Shown here: one piece after another, positions 40,541 to 54,516 of the stretch
How the letters are laid out: each line of letters starts with the position of its first letter
How positions within the stretch are numbered: position 1 is the stretch's first letter
Source of the DNA: Sphyrna mokarran
Taxonomy: Eukaryota
Assembly (NCBI GenBank): GCA_024679065.1
Contig: JAGIQG010000010.1
Location: 47,120,001 to 47,184,000, forward strand
Length of the DNA: 64,000 bases
Direction of reading: 5' to 3'
The notes under the pieces: generated by a model
What the model was told of the DNA's origin: nothing
The model's input: only the letters and a program-made list of their open reading frames with translations
The model's database searches: none
Made by a program: the position numbers and the translations under genes

Positions 40541-43215
40541 CCATGTCCAATAAATGAACTTTAAAAAGTAGCTAAGCATATCTCCAAATAAATTTTATGT
40601 GGTGATTATTTGTAGTATTAAAATAATATTGAAAGTATGACATGTATCAGCAGAATTACAGATTTCATTGTGCATTAAAGTTTGTACTGACTTGTTCTTT
40701 TGTTTCAGAATAGTAGCTACTAAGTGCAAAGGCCTTAGTATGTGACTTTAGCAGCACGAATATATTGCAGTTTGCATAGGCAAAAGTATATAACTAGTGA
40801 TGTATATTATGAGTGAAGGATGATGATTCAAAAGCCAATTTGGAAAGGTAATTCGTGAAACTTTGAGTTGATGTTTTTCCAGGAAAAATTTAAATCTGAC
40901 TTAAACCAACTTTGTTACTGTTTGTATATAAATGACAACATTAAATATTCATTACCAATAAATACAGCTAATAATGAAGACTACCTACAAATCAGAACTA
41001 ACGTTGTAATATCACTCAAACCGTAAATTTGGTCAAGTGAAAAATCCACAGTTGGTGCTCTTCTGGAATTGGAAATTGGAAACCAAATAAAGGAAGGTTT
41101 ACTTGCCTAAAATGGTGTGGAATGCTTGGAATTGAAAATAATACTTCAATATTGTCTCAACTTAAATTGATCAGCATACAAATTCGACTCACAAAAGTAA
41201 CATTGATTTAGGAGAAATGATCTACTTGTACAAATTAAGCTGAGTGTTTTTAATGTCAGACTGCACAAATCACACTCCGGCTAGAAAGAAATACAGATCC
41301 ACTATGTTAAATTAATATCTAAACCTACTGTTATTAATACTTAGATCTTTCAGGTCTTAAGTCTGAGATGTAGTGCTGTTGGACTAGCTTTTAGATTAAA
41401 ACAGTGTGATGAGAAATGAATTATTTTTGAAGTTGTATAAGCATTTTGTTTCCAATACCTTGCATTTTATTCCCTTTGTCAAAACATCAATGAGAAATCT
41501 TAGCCCACATGACGTCTAGTAACTTGAATCAGTCTCTCCTATTTAATAAAAAAGGATGCTGTAATACTTTTTCACCCCTCTGATGATAATAGCCCAGATT
41601 TTGTGTTAAGAATAACTGTGAAGCTGTCAGTGCTCAGCATTATGTAAGAGATCAGACAGCAACTTCTGGCATTCGTACATACAGTTAAATGTAGAGTCTG
41701 GAAATTGCTGTCTGATTTGCCCTACCACTTTAGAAGCTTCATTGTACCACTGCCTGCCGAGAAACTCAAGGCTGAATTTTCGCTAAGGAAGCAGGTCTGT
41801 TTCTCACACACACATCTGTTTATGATGGCAAGCTTGACTAAAGATCAGATTTTCATGGTGGAGTGAGTCATTAATTGATAAGAAGGGTTTCCTTTCTAAT
41901 TATTTTTATTTCTGTTCATGATTTTACAATGAATTAAATACTTGAGTTTGTATTTACTGCTTTAGATTCTGCATATCTTGTGAGGATTCACAAGACTGAC
42001 TGAAGAGTCAGACTTTTTTTTGTTCAGATTGCAGTCAGTAGAGATCACTGTAGAGGTTTATATACACAGACACCCAATGGCAACAAGTTGCCACTGAAAG
42101 GCTTGAAAAAAGTCTGTGGCTCTCTGTTAGCATAGTGAATGGAAATGCTGTCCCTTCACTGCTAATTGCAAAATCCAAGCCAATATTTGTTTGCATTGAG
42201 TCCAAATTTCCCTTTACACCCTAGCCAATTTTGTCTAATTTACGTTATGGCTTTTTATTTAGTTTTTAAGTATATAATTTTGAAAATTAGGTATGTAGAG
42301 CCATTAATTCTGCTGATTAAAATGCTCATCCATGCGACCACAACTTAATTTGTTTCCAATCCCATTCACCTTCAAAATCCTGCATTATTTTCTAATTTTT
42401 ATCACCTATCCCATCTTAACCTGATTTCAACTATTATCAGTGATCTTGTTGATCGTCAAGGAACATTCGCAACAATAAAATCTAGAGCTATTTCACAATG
42501 CAAAGTAACTGGTACGCAAGTTTTTATTTGACTTACAGGGAAAACATTTGGCAAAAATCTATGGTTAATTACAGCTTTGGGAGAATTTAATGAAATTCCC
42601 CCTCAAACCGAAAGGCTTCAGTTCACTTGCTGAACGAAGTTGATCATTGGTTTTTTTCCTCTTGGGTCCCTTTCCTTCTATTTGTCTGTCAACAGGATTC
42701 TTAACTGAAGCACTAGATTGCCTTGACTGTATATATCACCGCAGCCGCCAGTTAGTGTCATTTGTTCCCTGGAGAGGATGTGAAACAAAATTTTTTTCCA
42801 ATAATTTACTGACATGGAACTGCTGCTGCAGTGCTATGTCTGAAACCAGTGAACCACTATTCAATAAAAGATTAAACGATAGCAAACATAATTATTTGCC
42901 TGGCAATTCTCTGATTTAAAAACAAAATGTTGGAAACACTCGGATCTGATAGCACTTGTGAAGAGAGAAAAAGAATTTCAGGTGTTGACCTTTCATCTCT
43001 GATTTAACTGAGTACTTGGTCTTCAAGTATGAGCAGCCTGTGTTCAACAAAGATTCTGCAGAGTTCATATTGCAGGACAGTAAAACATAAGCAGACACTA
43101 CAAAACAGTAGTAATTTGTAGGCAAATTTAGTTTAATCAGTTTTCACATTAAAACTGTCAAGTCGAATTGTGATCACTGTTACTTTTTACTGAGATTTTT
43201 AAAAATGTTTTTCAG

Positions 43216-43299
43216 CCATTATTTGCCTATGACTACAGTGAAATATTTCCAGAGGATGGCTGGAAGGTTTATGACCCAGTTGCAGAATATAAGAGAATG
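43216..43299 (+). CDS. MTMR2: MTMR2 coding exon 7
   Basis: Acceptor gtttttcAG, donor ATG|[34 protein letters not shown] (84 nt). Confidence 0.96.
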
Positions 43300-43574
43300 G
43301 TAAGTGCCTTGTTCTGTTGAATTGCTTTCTTTACTCTGTTGTCTGTAAGTTGCTGAAGCTTTTATGACCTCTTTGAACCTAGGTCAAAACATGTATGTAT
43401 GTTTGTGATGGGATCTATAATTCCAAAGGCAATTTTTCTTGTCTCAGCTGTGGAACTGAATGTATTTTGGTGAATGTTTTAATCCATGTTACAATTACAG
43501 CATAACTTATATTCATTTAGTGCCTTTATATAATGAAGGTTATGTAAAGGAGCACTATCAGAAAGGCAAAGATA

Positions 43575-43905
43575 AAGTGGCATTGTCACTGGACTAGTAT
43601 TCCAGAGATCCAGGATAACACTCTTGGAACCCAGATTTGAATCCCACCGTTGCAAATGATGAAATTTGAATTCAATAAAAAAAAATTCATAAAACATCAA
43701 TAATGTCCTTTAGAGAAGAAAATCTGCCATCCTTACCTGGTCTGGTCTACCTGTGAGTCTAAACCCACAGAAATATAGTTGACTTTTAGTTTTAAACACT
43801 AAAATGGCCAAACAAGCCAATAAGTTCGAGGCCAATTAGGGATAGGTAATAAATGCTGGCCCAACCAGAATCGTCCTCATCTCCTGAAAGAGAGAATTTT
43901 AAAAA
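43575..43905 (+). mobile_element. tRNA-headed SINE-like repeat
   Basis: tggcattgtcactggactagt...gatttgaatcccacc head; tail ataaatgctggcccaaccag. A partial second head is present at ~43908-43965. Confidence 0.65.
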
Positions 43906-44059
43906 ATGTTCAGGGGATCCAATTTCAAATCCCACATGGCAGATGGTGAAATTTGAATTAATATCATTCAGGGAACGAAATAGAAGCATAGAACATTACA
44001 ATACAGAAGCAGGCCTTTTGGCCCTTCTTGGCTGTGCCGAACTATTTTTCTGCCACCAC

Positions 44060-45300
44060 ACACAACCTTTCCATTTGTGATTTTGCATGAACTATTAACA
44101 TCATTTATTTTCGCTCCCATTCCAGTATCTGCTCTGGTACTCGGGTTCCCATCCCCCTGCAAATCTAGTTTAAATCCTGCTCAATAACACTAGCAAATCT
44201 CCCTGCAAGTATGTTGGTCCCCTTGAAGTTCAGGTATAACCTGTCTCTCTTGTACAGGGCCACCTGCCCCAGAAGAGATCCCAATGGTCTAAAAATCTGA
44301 AACCCTGCCCCCTACACCTGTTCCAGGATGCCCGAGCATCCTACTCTTACCCTCACTGGCACATGGCACAGGTAGCAATCCTGAGAACACCACCCTGGGG
44401 GTCCTGATTTTTAACTTTCTACCAAGCTTTCTGTACTCACTCTTCAGGATCTTCTCGGTCTTCCTTTCTACACCATTGGTACTGATGTGTACCGTGCCGT
44501 CTGGCTGATCACCCTCCCACTTCAGAATGCTGTGTACACGATCAGAGATATCCCTGACCTTGGATCCCAGGAGGCAACAAACCATCTGAGAGTTTTTGTC
44601 ACAACCACAGAACCTCTTGTCTGTACCTCTGACTATCAAGTCTTCTATCACTACTGCTCTTCTCTTCTTTCACCCTTCCTTCTGCACTGCAGAACCAGAC
44701 TCAGTGCCAGAGATCCAGCTGCTGCATGTCCTAGGTAAGGCATCCTCCACAATAGTATCCAAATCGATATACCTGTTGTGGAGGGGAATGGCACAGGGCA
44801 ACCCTGCTCTGCCTGCCCTTTCCCCTTCCCTCGCCTGATGGTAACCCAATTACCTGTGTTCTGTGCCTTTGGCATAACTACCTCCCTGAAGCTACTATCT
44901 ATAAACTCTTCATTCTCCCGAATGATCCAGAGGTCATCCAGCTCCTGCTCCAGTTCCCTAACTCGGTTTGTTAGGAGCTGCAGCTGGATGCATCTCCTGC
45001 AGTGTCGCTGTCAGTGACACTGGAGATCTCCCTGACTTCCCACGTCCTGCAAGAGGAGCATTCCAACATCCTGCCTGCTATTCTTTCTACTCTGAAGAAA
45101 GAAACAAAAAACTTACCAGAAGCTACCTAGCCTCTGCCTGTTCATGCCTAAGCCTGTTTGAGCCAAAGCCGTTCCACTCGCCGCCTTCTCACGCCGCTGC
45201 CTGCTGGATAGAGCGGCTTGCTTTTTAAACCTTCTGCCCGCTACTGGCTGACGTCAGGTGTCTACGCAATCTCACGTTCCACTTGCTGCCTCCCTTGCTC
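44060..45300 (-). mobile_element. CR1 LINE 5' UTR + ORF1 (Cys-rich, SGNH esterase-like) remnant
   Basis: IEDLIVRGTDKRFCG..MVCCLLGSKVRDISDRV..GTVHISTN..RVVFSGLLPVP; WVTIRRGKG; CpG-rich 5' UTR. Confidence 0.88.
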
Positions 45301-45454
45301 CGACTCCTGCTATTGTTACCTAATCTGGTCTACATGTGCGTAGATCCACAGCAATATTGTTGACTCTTAAATGTCCCCTCAAGGGCAACTAGGAATGGAC
45401 AACAAATGTTGGCCCAGCAATGGCCACATCCTAAGAAAGCTTTTGTTTAAATTA

Positions 45455-45905
45455 TAAAAATATGACACTAAGCCACAAAAGTGATATCAGGTCAGATGAC
45501 TAAAATCATGGATGGAGAGGTAAATTTTGAGAGTGTTTTAAAGAAGGAAAGCAATTTAGAGCAGCAGAGAGGTGTAGGAAGAGAATTCCAGCACTTGGGG
45601 CTGAGACAACTGAAGGCACAGCCTCCAATCAAAACTGAATTATGATTGGCAAAGGACAGAAATCCAGAATTGGAGGCACTGAGATATCTTGGAGGGCTGT
45701 GAGGTTGGGGGAGCTTATGGGGATAGGAATTTTGAAATTACAACATTGCTTGACTGGGAGCCAACATAGGTAGCAGTTGCTTCTGAGAGGGAAAGGGGAC
45801 TTGCTGCAAGTTAGGACACAGCGTAGAGTTTTGAATGATCTCAAGTTTACAAAATGTAGGATGTGGGAAACCAGCCAGGCATGTGTTGGAATAATCAAGT
45901 CTAGA
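45455..45905 (-). mobile_element. L2 LINE 3' fragment
   Basis: Reverse complement encodes IGGCAFSCLSPKCWNSLP, like the L2 RAFS...P.LWNSLP C-terminus. Confidence 0.75.
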
Positions 45906-46459
45906 TATTTTAGTTATAAAATTGGCAAAAGAGCCTTATTTGAGTTTGAGTTTTATTGTGGTTGCTGAAAACCATGAAATGTTAAAATGTAATTATAATT
46001 TACTGTAAACTTGAAGTTATTTCTGCCAGCACATTACTACTTAACTTGTAACAGGCTAGTGGAAATTATTACATATCTACAATCCTACATTTGATGAATA
46101 TGGGGTGGATGGAAAGTAATGGATAAATACGAGCTGCAATATACAAGAAACTGCAGACGCTTCCAGGAACTCATGAAATAGAGAATCGTAAACATATTTC
46201 ATACTCACTGAACTGCTGCTGTTCTGCCTGCTATGTTTTACTTGTGTGGTTTTGTGCTGTCACAAAATCTATTTTTAGAAGGTTAATGCTGATATTTAAC
46301 AAAACTAAAACACTAAAGAGTGCTGGAAATCTAAAATAAGAAAACTTAAGTGCTTAAAGTATTCAGTAAGCCAGGCAATGTTTGTAGGGAAAAAAATAAT
46401 TCATGTGTATGTGACTAAATTTTAAAATTTTTCTTAGTCTTGCCACTTTTTTTTAACCA

Positions 46460-46773
46460 GTGGCACGATGGCACAGTGGTTAGCACAGCTGCCTCACAGT
46501 GCCAGAGACCCAGGTTCAATTGTGGCTTCAGGTCACTGTCTGTGTGGAGTTTGCACATTCTCCCTCTGGGTTTCATCCAGATGCTCCCATTTCCTCCTAC
46601 AATCCAAAAATTTGCAGGTTAGGTTGATTGGCCACACTAAATTGACTCTAATATTAGGGGGATTCACACAGTAAATACGTGGGTTACAGAAATAGGATCT
46701 GGGTGAGATTGTGGGGTCAGCGCAGACTTGATGGGCCAAATGGCCTCTTTCTGCAGTGTAAGGATTCTATGAT
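46460..46773 (+). mobile_element. Full-length HE1-like V-SINE
   Basis: A box tggcacagtgg, B-box-like ggttcaatt, V-domain gtctgtgtggagtttgcacattctccc, CR1-like tail ggattctatg. Confidence 0.9.
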
Positions 46774-46969
46774 ACAATCTTTTAGACATCCTATCTTCTT
46801 TGATTTGCTGATTTTTTTTATTATATGACACCTCAAACAACTTGGATATTTTTTATGTTAATGGAACTCTACAAATGGAACTTGATTAATGCATAACTAT
46901 GCAATAATAATGCATTTTATATTATATTTACTGAAAAGGATTATCTTTAATTTCTGACTGTTATTTCAG

Positions 46970-47119
46970 GGTCTACCCAATGAAAGCTGGAAATTAAGTA
47001 AGATAAATGATAATTATGAACTTTGTGATACTTATCCTGCTATATTAGTGGTGCCAGTGAATGTTCCGGATGATGACTTGAAGAAGGTAGCAGCATTCAG
47101 ATCCAGAAACCGTATACCA
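46970..47119 (+). CDS. MTMR2: MTMR2 coding exon 8
   Basis: Acceptor gttatttcAG, donor CCA|[56 protein letters not shown] (150 nt). Confidence 0.97.
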
Positions 47120-48234
47120 GTAAGTACAAACATTGTACCGATGAAAATGTTTGATGTTGGACAAGAGTCCCTGGAATAGGTTGTAAAGTTCTGGGGAATA
47201 GCCTTTTCCTTATGCCTTAGTCCTTTGTTTTATACAAGGACAGCTGTTTCCTTTTGTTTCTTCCATGTGTATAAATTATATGTATTATCTAACTATGATA
47301 TTGGTAGCCTGGTTGAACAGTACAACCCCTCTGAATCTGAATGCTATGCAAGCAATTTTTAATGGTGAGTTCTAACTCAGTTAAGCCAAGAAGAGTAGCT
47401 GAACTAAAGTGAGAGTCTTCCACAGAATGGAAGGAAGTAGCTCAATCTGCCTTTTACTAGCTGGTTAAGATAGCAAAATTAGAGCATCAAGTAGACTACT
47501 GATTCATTTTGATAAGTGATACTTGCCTCAGCAAAAGCTGAGGAGTTGGAAATATTAAAATGGTGAAGAAAGAAAATTATATAATAAAACTCCATGCTAT
47601 GCCATGTTTTTATTAACCGAGATTGTGGATTGAAGCTGATGAGATTAGACTGTAAAACTTTTGATATTGAACATGAAGTTGCCACAAGTTTGAGATTTTC
47701 CAATTGCTAGCAATTGATATCTGCTTTCATCTTTGAACTATTTGTGGAACATTATTCCCATTCTTTTACAACTGATCTCAAATCAACTGAATGTACCTTT
47801 GTGTATTCTGTCCATTTACAAGATTGGCACAAGTCTATAGTTGAATAATGAGCTGAATGTTCTTTTACAATAGCAGTTTGGAGTACAAGATATACTCCAT
47901 GGCCATGATATATTTTTTGCAATGAATTGAGTAACCAGATATGGTAATTCTCCCTATGAGAAAATGAGTTGATGGTGTGTTTCTTAGCAAATGTTGTATC
48001 TCTAGTGTGCTGTGGAGTTTATGTTTTAAGTTCTACTACTCTGAGAAATACTTCATTGTGAATGGAGGTGGTTATGATAGATGAGGCAATTGCTTTTGGA
48101 AATATTCAAATTGGACCCTTCCATAAAATTACTTGCTATAGATGATTTGTCTGTAGTGACTGACTGTCACTTCAGAAATAAATAAATTCAGATTTGAATC
48201 TATAAGATCTATAATCACTTCATCTTCCTTACAG

Positions 48235-48423
48235 GTAATATCATGGATACACCCAGAGAGCCAGGCAACAATCACTCGTTGCAGTCAACCGCTAGTCGGT
48301 ATGAGTGGCAAGCGCAGCAAAGATGATGAAAAATATCTACAAATTATTATGGATTCCAATGCACAATCTCATAAAATCCTAATCTTTGATGCAAGGCCTA
48401 GTGTTAATGCTGTGGCTAACAAG
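48235..48423 (+). CDS. MTMR2: MTMR2 coding exon 9 (phosphatase domain)
   Basis: Acceptor cttccttacAG, donor AAG|[69 protein letters not shown] (189 nt). Confidence 0.97.
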
Positions 48424-49587
48424 GTAATTTTAAACTTTAATTTTCTTCTGAACAGGTCTTATTAATTTGAGAATTGTTTGTATTTTTGGTTTTTTTTTGG
48501 CTGAGGCTCATGGTCTAACAGCTGATCTACTCAAAGACCCCAGGGTAAATACATAATAGATGTTGCCCAGTGTGATCCTTCACCATTGAATGTTTAACAC
48601 AAGTCTTTTTAAGAGATCCTTTAAATATTTTCAATCCCTTTCAAATGGATATAATAGTTCTCATCTTCTGGTGAATAATTTACTCTGAGCTGGATTAGAC
48701 CATTTTGGATGGTTAGATAAATATTCAATAGTTTTTAAAGGATGAAAAAAGTAATCTTTCTATGAGACAATAAAGTTTGAAATGAGTTGAAAGAGTAAAA
48801 AGGAAATACAAAGAAGCAAAAGCAAGATGAAACTAAATGGGAGAGTAAACTGATGACAAGGGCAAACATAAAACTTTAAACTCAAGGTGTTTTTTTTTAA
48901 GTTAAGGCAATGGAATTAAAGACATTTTTTGAAAAAAGTGAAGTTTCAAAGAGTAAGATGGGAAATAATACAAAGATTTATGTACCAAAGAGAAAAGCCC
49001 AAATAAAGAAAAATATTGTTAAAGTATGAAGAAGGGGAGAAAATTTTGGTAAGTCTAAATGTAGTAATATGTTCCATGGATTTTTGACAGAATGAAAGGA
49101 CATTGAAAACTAACACAGCAAGCTTAGGAAAGGTGACTGAGGGTAAGATCCAAGAAATATTTTGAGAATTTTGAAGATGGGAAGAGTTGGAGCAAGGCAG
49201 AGTGTCTAGTAGTAAAATTCTTTAAAAAAACACTTGATAGCTTAATGGCCTGGTACTGCATGAAGTTTAAGGAGAGTGATTGCAAAGAAGGAAAGGAGCA
49301 TAAGAATACGGAAGAGGCCATATGACTTGAAGAATCAGCACAGCCTTGTAGATAGACCAGGACAAAAATTTTCAAATTAGTACACAATGATAACAGAAGA
49401 TCAGTGTGGATGTTTGTTGGGAAAACTTAATTTTGGATAAATTAGATTTTAAACAGATTGAAACTAGGAAGCTTCAAGGAGACCATTGAAAAATTCAGAC
49501 TTAAAGGTGATGAAGAATTTAAGTGGCAGTGGGGATGAGCTTTGGCTCAAAAGACAATTGTTGTTGGTGTAAATGTGATGGTTAGGA

Positions 49588-51865
49588 AGGTGTTAGACTT
49601 GGAAGTTGGTGAACATTTTGGTGATAGTGACCACAATTCGGTTATGTTCACCCTAGTGATGGATAGGGATAGGCATGAAGCTGGGGGCAGTAGTTATAGC
49701 TGGGGGAATGGTAATTATGAGGCCATAAGGAGGGAATTAGGGTGCATAGGTTGGACTAGGAAACTACAGGGACTGGGAACATCTGAAATGTGGAGCTTCT
49801 TCAAGGAGCAGCTGCTGCGAGTCCTTGATAAGTATGTCCCTGTCAGGCAAGGAGGAAATGGTCGAGTAAGGGAACCTTGGTGTACGAAAAAAGTTGATTT
49901 GCTGGTTAAAAGGAAAAAGGAGGCTTATGTCAGAATGAGGCTTGAAGGCTCAGTTAGTGCAATGGATAGCTATAGATTAGCCAGGAGGGAGCTAAAGAGT
50001 GAGTTGAGTAGAGCTAAAAGGGGACACGAGAAGACTTTGGCTGATAGGATTCTCCTTGATCCTAAAGCTTTCTTTAGTTATGTTAAGAATAGAAGATTGG
50101 TTAGGGCAAGATTAGGGCCAGTCAGAGACAGCAGTGGGAAGTTGTGCATGGAGCCTGAAGAGATTGGAGAGGCACTGAATAAATATTTCTCTTCAGTATT
50201 CACGCAGGGAGATGTAAATGTAGTTGTGGAGAACACTGGGATACAGGGTTGCAAACTGCAAAGTATTGAAGTAGATAAGGAGGATGTGCTAGATATTCTT
50301 GAGGGTTTGAAGTTAGATAAGTCCCCTGGGCCGGACGGGATTTACCCTAGGATTCTCTGGAAGGCGAGAGAGGAGATTGCAGAGCCTCTGGCTCTGATCT
50401 TCAGGTCGTCGTTGGTTACGGGTATAGTTCCGGAAGACTGGAGGATAGCGAATGTGGTCCCGTTGTTCACGAAGGGGAAGAGAGACTTTCCAGGGAATTA
50501 TAGGCCAGTGAGTCTTACTTCTGTTGTGGGTAAAGTATTGGAGAGAATTATTAGGGAGAGGATTTATAGTTATTTAGAGAGAAATGAATTGATTGGGGAT
50601 AGTCAGCATGGTTTTGTGAAGGGTAGGTCATGCCTTACTAACCTTATTGAGTTTTTTGAAAAAGTGACCAAAGAGGTGGATGGGGTAAGGCAGTTGATGT
50701 GGTATATATGGACTTTAGTAAGGCGTTCGATAAGGTGGCCCATGGAAGGCTTCTGCAGAAAATGCAGATGTATGGGGTTGAGGGTGATTTAGCTAATTGG
50801 ATTAGGAATTGGCTAGCAGATAGAAGACAGAGGGTGGTGGTGGATGGGAGATATTCATTGTGGAGTTCGGTGACAAGTGGTGTACCTCAGGGGTCTGTTT
50901 TGGGGCCCTGCTGTTTGTAATTTTTATAAATGATCTGGATGAGGGTATTGAAGGATAGATTAGTAAATTTGCGGATGACACTAAAGTCGGAGGATGGTAG
51001 ATAGTGAAGAGGGGTGTTCTAGTTTGCAGAGAGACTTGGACAAGTTGCAGAGCTGGGCCGAGAGGTGGCAAATGGAGTTTAATGTGGAAAAGTGTGAGGT
51101 AATTCCCTTTGGCAGGAATAACAAATGTGTAGAGTATAGGGCTAATGGTAGGACTCTTATTAGTGTTGATGAACAGAGGGATCTTGGTGTATGTGTGCAT
51201 AGATCCCTGAAAGTTGGCAATCAAGTCGATAAGGTTGTTAAGAAGGCATACGGAGTCTTAGCTTTTATTGGTAGGGGGATTGAATTTCGGAGCCGCAACG
51301 TCATGTTGCAACTGTACAAAACTCTAGTGCGGCCGCACTTGGGAGTATTGTGTACAGTTCTGGTCCCCGCATTATAAGAAAGATGTGGAGGCATTGGAGA
51401 GGGTACAGAGGCGGTTTACCAGGATGTTGCCTGGTATGGAAGGCAGGTCTTATGAAGAGAGGCTGAGGTATTTGAGGTTGTTTTCGTTAGAAAGAAGGCG
51501 GCTAAGAGGAGACCTTATTGAAACATACAAGATGATTAGAGGTTTAGATAGGGTGGACAGTGATAGCTTTTTTCCTAGGATGGAGAAAGCTAGCACGAGG
51601 GGACACAGCTTTAAATTAAGGGGTGGTGGTTATAGGACAGATGTCAGAGGTAGGTTCTTTACCCAGAGGGTGGTAAGGGTATGGAATGCCTTGCCTGCGT
51701 CAGTTGTAGATGCGCCAAGTTTGGTGGCGTTTAAGAGGTTCGTAGATAAGTTTATGGATGAAAGGGGAATGGTTTAGGTTAGAGGGTCACTGCTTGTTCC
51801 TAATTGGTCGGCGCAACATCGAGGGCCGAAGGGCCTGTTCTGCGCTATAATGTTCTATGTTCTAT
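49588..51865 (+). mobile_element. Young 5'-truncated CR1 LINE, frameshifted ORF2
   Basis: ORFs 49542..50792, 50699..50920, 50994..51377, 51385..51777 carry CR1 EN/RT motifs; near-identical to 6364-8787 in inverse orientation; taatgttctatgttctat tail. Confidence 0.97.
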
Positions 51866-52144
51866 AAGCTTTGAAAATTAACTTGGGTAAAACAGCACAC
51901 CAGCAGGTTCACCTGAGCAAGTAACCGTGTTACTTGAAGTGAACTATGGAGTTATATTTTGGCTGGATATGGTATTGGTTTTACATATGTTAAAATAGAC
52001 AACAATCTGTTTTATCTTCCAATAGACTCCAACAATCTGAACTTCCAATCAGCTCAATATCAGCCAGTGGGCTAAATTTGGGTATTATCAGCATTCATTT
52101 AGAAGCTGACCTTGTCCTTTCAGATACCATTTGAGAAGAAGCAT

Positions 52145-53410
52145 TTAGAACCTAGAACACTACAAGTTGACTTGTAGTCGGCCCACAAGTTGCATTGATC
52201 ATATCCCTACTTACCAGGCCTAGCTATAACCCTCAACCCCATTAAATCCCATGTACTCATCCAGAAGTCTCTTAAAAGACCCCAACAAGTTCGCCTCCAC
52301 CACCGCTGACGGCAGCCAATTCCACTCACTCACCACCCTCTAAGTGAAAAACTTACCCCTGACATCACTCAGTACTACTCCCCAGCACCTTAAACCTGTG
52401 TCCTCTCGTAGCGACCATTTCAGCTCTGTGAAACAGCTTCTGAGAATCCACCTTATCTATATCTCTCAACATCTTACAAAACTCTATCAGGTCGTCTCTC
52501 ATTCTTTTTCTCTCCAGGGAGAAAAGACCTAGCTTCCTCAACTATCCTCATAAAGCATACCAAATCCAGGCAACATCCTTGTAAATCTCCTCTGCACTCT
52601 TTCAATAGCTTCCACATCCTTTTTGTAGTGAGGCAACCAGAACTGTGCACAGTACTCCAAGTGGAATCAGACAAGAGTCTTTTAAAGTTGCAGCATTATC
52701 TCCCAACTCCTAAACTCAGTCCCTCGATTAATGAAGGCTAGTACACCGTACGCCTTCTTAACCACATCCTCCACTTGTGAGCTGCTTTAAGTGTCCTGTG
52801 GACCCGGACCCCAAGGTCATTCTGATCCCCTACACTGCTCAGAGTCCTACCCTTAATATTATACTCCTTCATCTCATTGGACCTGCCAGTATGGACCAGT
52901 ACACATTTATCTGCGTTGAAGTCAATCTGCCACTTCTCCGCCCAGTCTTGCATTCTATCTGTGTCTCAATGCAACTTCTAACATCCCTCCAGACTATCCA
53001 CAACACCACCAACCTTCGTGTTGTTGGCAAACTTACCAACCCATCCCTCCACTTCCTCATCCAGGTCATTTATGAAAATGACAAAGGTCCTAGAACAAAT
53101 CCTTTGGGCACCCCACTGGTGACCAACCTCCATGCAGAAAAAGACCCATCCACAACGACTCTCTGCCTTCTGCAGCCAAGCTAGTTCTGGATCCACCAGG
53201 CAAAAGCCCCTTGGATTCTATGTCCTCTCAGATTTTCAATAAGTCTTGCATGGGGGACCCTATGAATGCCTTGCTGAAGTCCATATAAACTACGTCCATC
53301 GTTCTTCCTTCGTCAATGTGTTTCGTCACATTTTCAAAGAACTCAACTAGGCTCGTAAGGCATGACCTGCCTTTGACAAAGCCATACTGACTACTTCTGA
53401 TCATATATAC
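52145..53410 (-). mobile_element. CR1 LINE RT + 3' end
   Basis: [50 protein letters not shown]. Confidence 0.93.
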
Positions 53411-53412
53411 CA

Positions 53413-53604
53413 AGCTTTAAATTCAAGCTTCAAGGTTTTAACAAGCTTGATTATATTTGACAGGCCAAATTATATTTAGAGACATGGTTCATGTCATTTG
53501 GTTCACAGCTTTAAATTCAAGCTTCAAGATCTTAACAAGCTTGATTATATTTGACAGGCCAAATTATATTTAGAGATATGGTACATGTCATTTCGTTCGC
53601 AGCT
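53413..53604 (+). repeat. Tandem duplication, 94-bp unit x2
   Basis: Units 53413-53506 and 53507-53600 differ at 6 positions; AGCT at each junction. Confidence 0.95.
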
Positions 53605-54516
53605 GCAGTTGGAATACTTTGTGCAGCTTTGGACACACGGTTATACAAAGGATACAGAAGCAATTAGTGAATAACATAAATGTAGTAGAATGTTTCTTGC
53701 AATGAGTTTTCAAGACCTGAGAATTAGGATTTTTATTGCTAAAGTTTAAGAGATGAGCTAACATGATTAAGAAATTAGAATTAGATAGAGACAAGTGGTT
53801 TCTATTGGTAGATGAATGGCATAATGAAGTCAGGTTACGATAATCACAAAATGAAGAGTAGACTTAAAAACTGGTTGGAATGTAGAATTTTATTTTACAA
53901 ACTATCGTTGAATAAAGTCTTAAATTATTTTAAAAGGTAATTACTATTTCATGAGAAAAGTAATGTTGAAGGATATGCAAAGCTATTTCTATGGATGCTA
54001 CGTTGTGAAAACATCTTTTAGACAGCATAATTGATCAAAGATTATTGCTTAAAATAAAAATGTTTCTGAGTGGTACATAGTTTATTCAATGGTTGTGTTC
54101 AGTTTCCTGAGGGGATTATGTGGTTATATTTTATTTTTTCCATTTGAGATATTGCAATGCCCATATACTTCTAACGGCAGGGGGACCTATGTTATATGTT
54201 GAAGTGGTGTTCCTTTAAGAACTAGATTTCTTGTAAAAAGAAATTTGCTTCCAGTTACTGATTGTAAACAAGAAGTTATTTATAGGGAGGACTAGATTCT
54301 GTGTGCAGTTTAGTTTTTGAACAAGTCGGCTGTAGGGAAAATCTTTTCGGAACAGAATATAATTGAAATTTTGTGTAAATACTTGATAATTGAAAGATTC
54401 TACAAACCAAGTTGGACTGAGGAAAGACAGAGAGAGAGAGTTCCTAGATGCAAGACTCCAGAGTTCAAAAACATTAAAACCAGAGTTCTGAACCACCAGT
54501 GATGCCTGGGTTACTG

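Noticed and set aside
46460-46530. tRNA gene (also at 55530, 56400, 43575)
   Set aside because: A/B-box-like heads run straight into SINE bodies; no cloverleaf.
49542-50792. 416-aa ORF as a novel or domesticated gene
   Set aside because: It is truncated CR1 ORF2 read in from flanking sequence, frameshifts before the RT catalytic motifs, and has a near-identical copy at 6364-8787.
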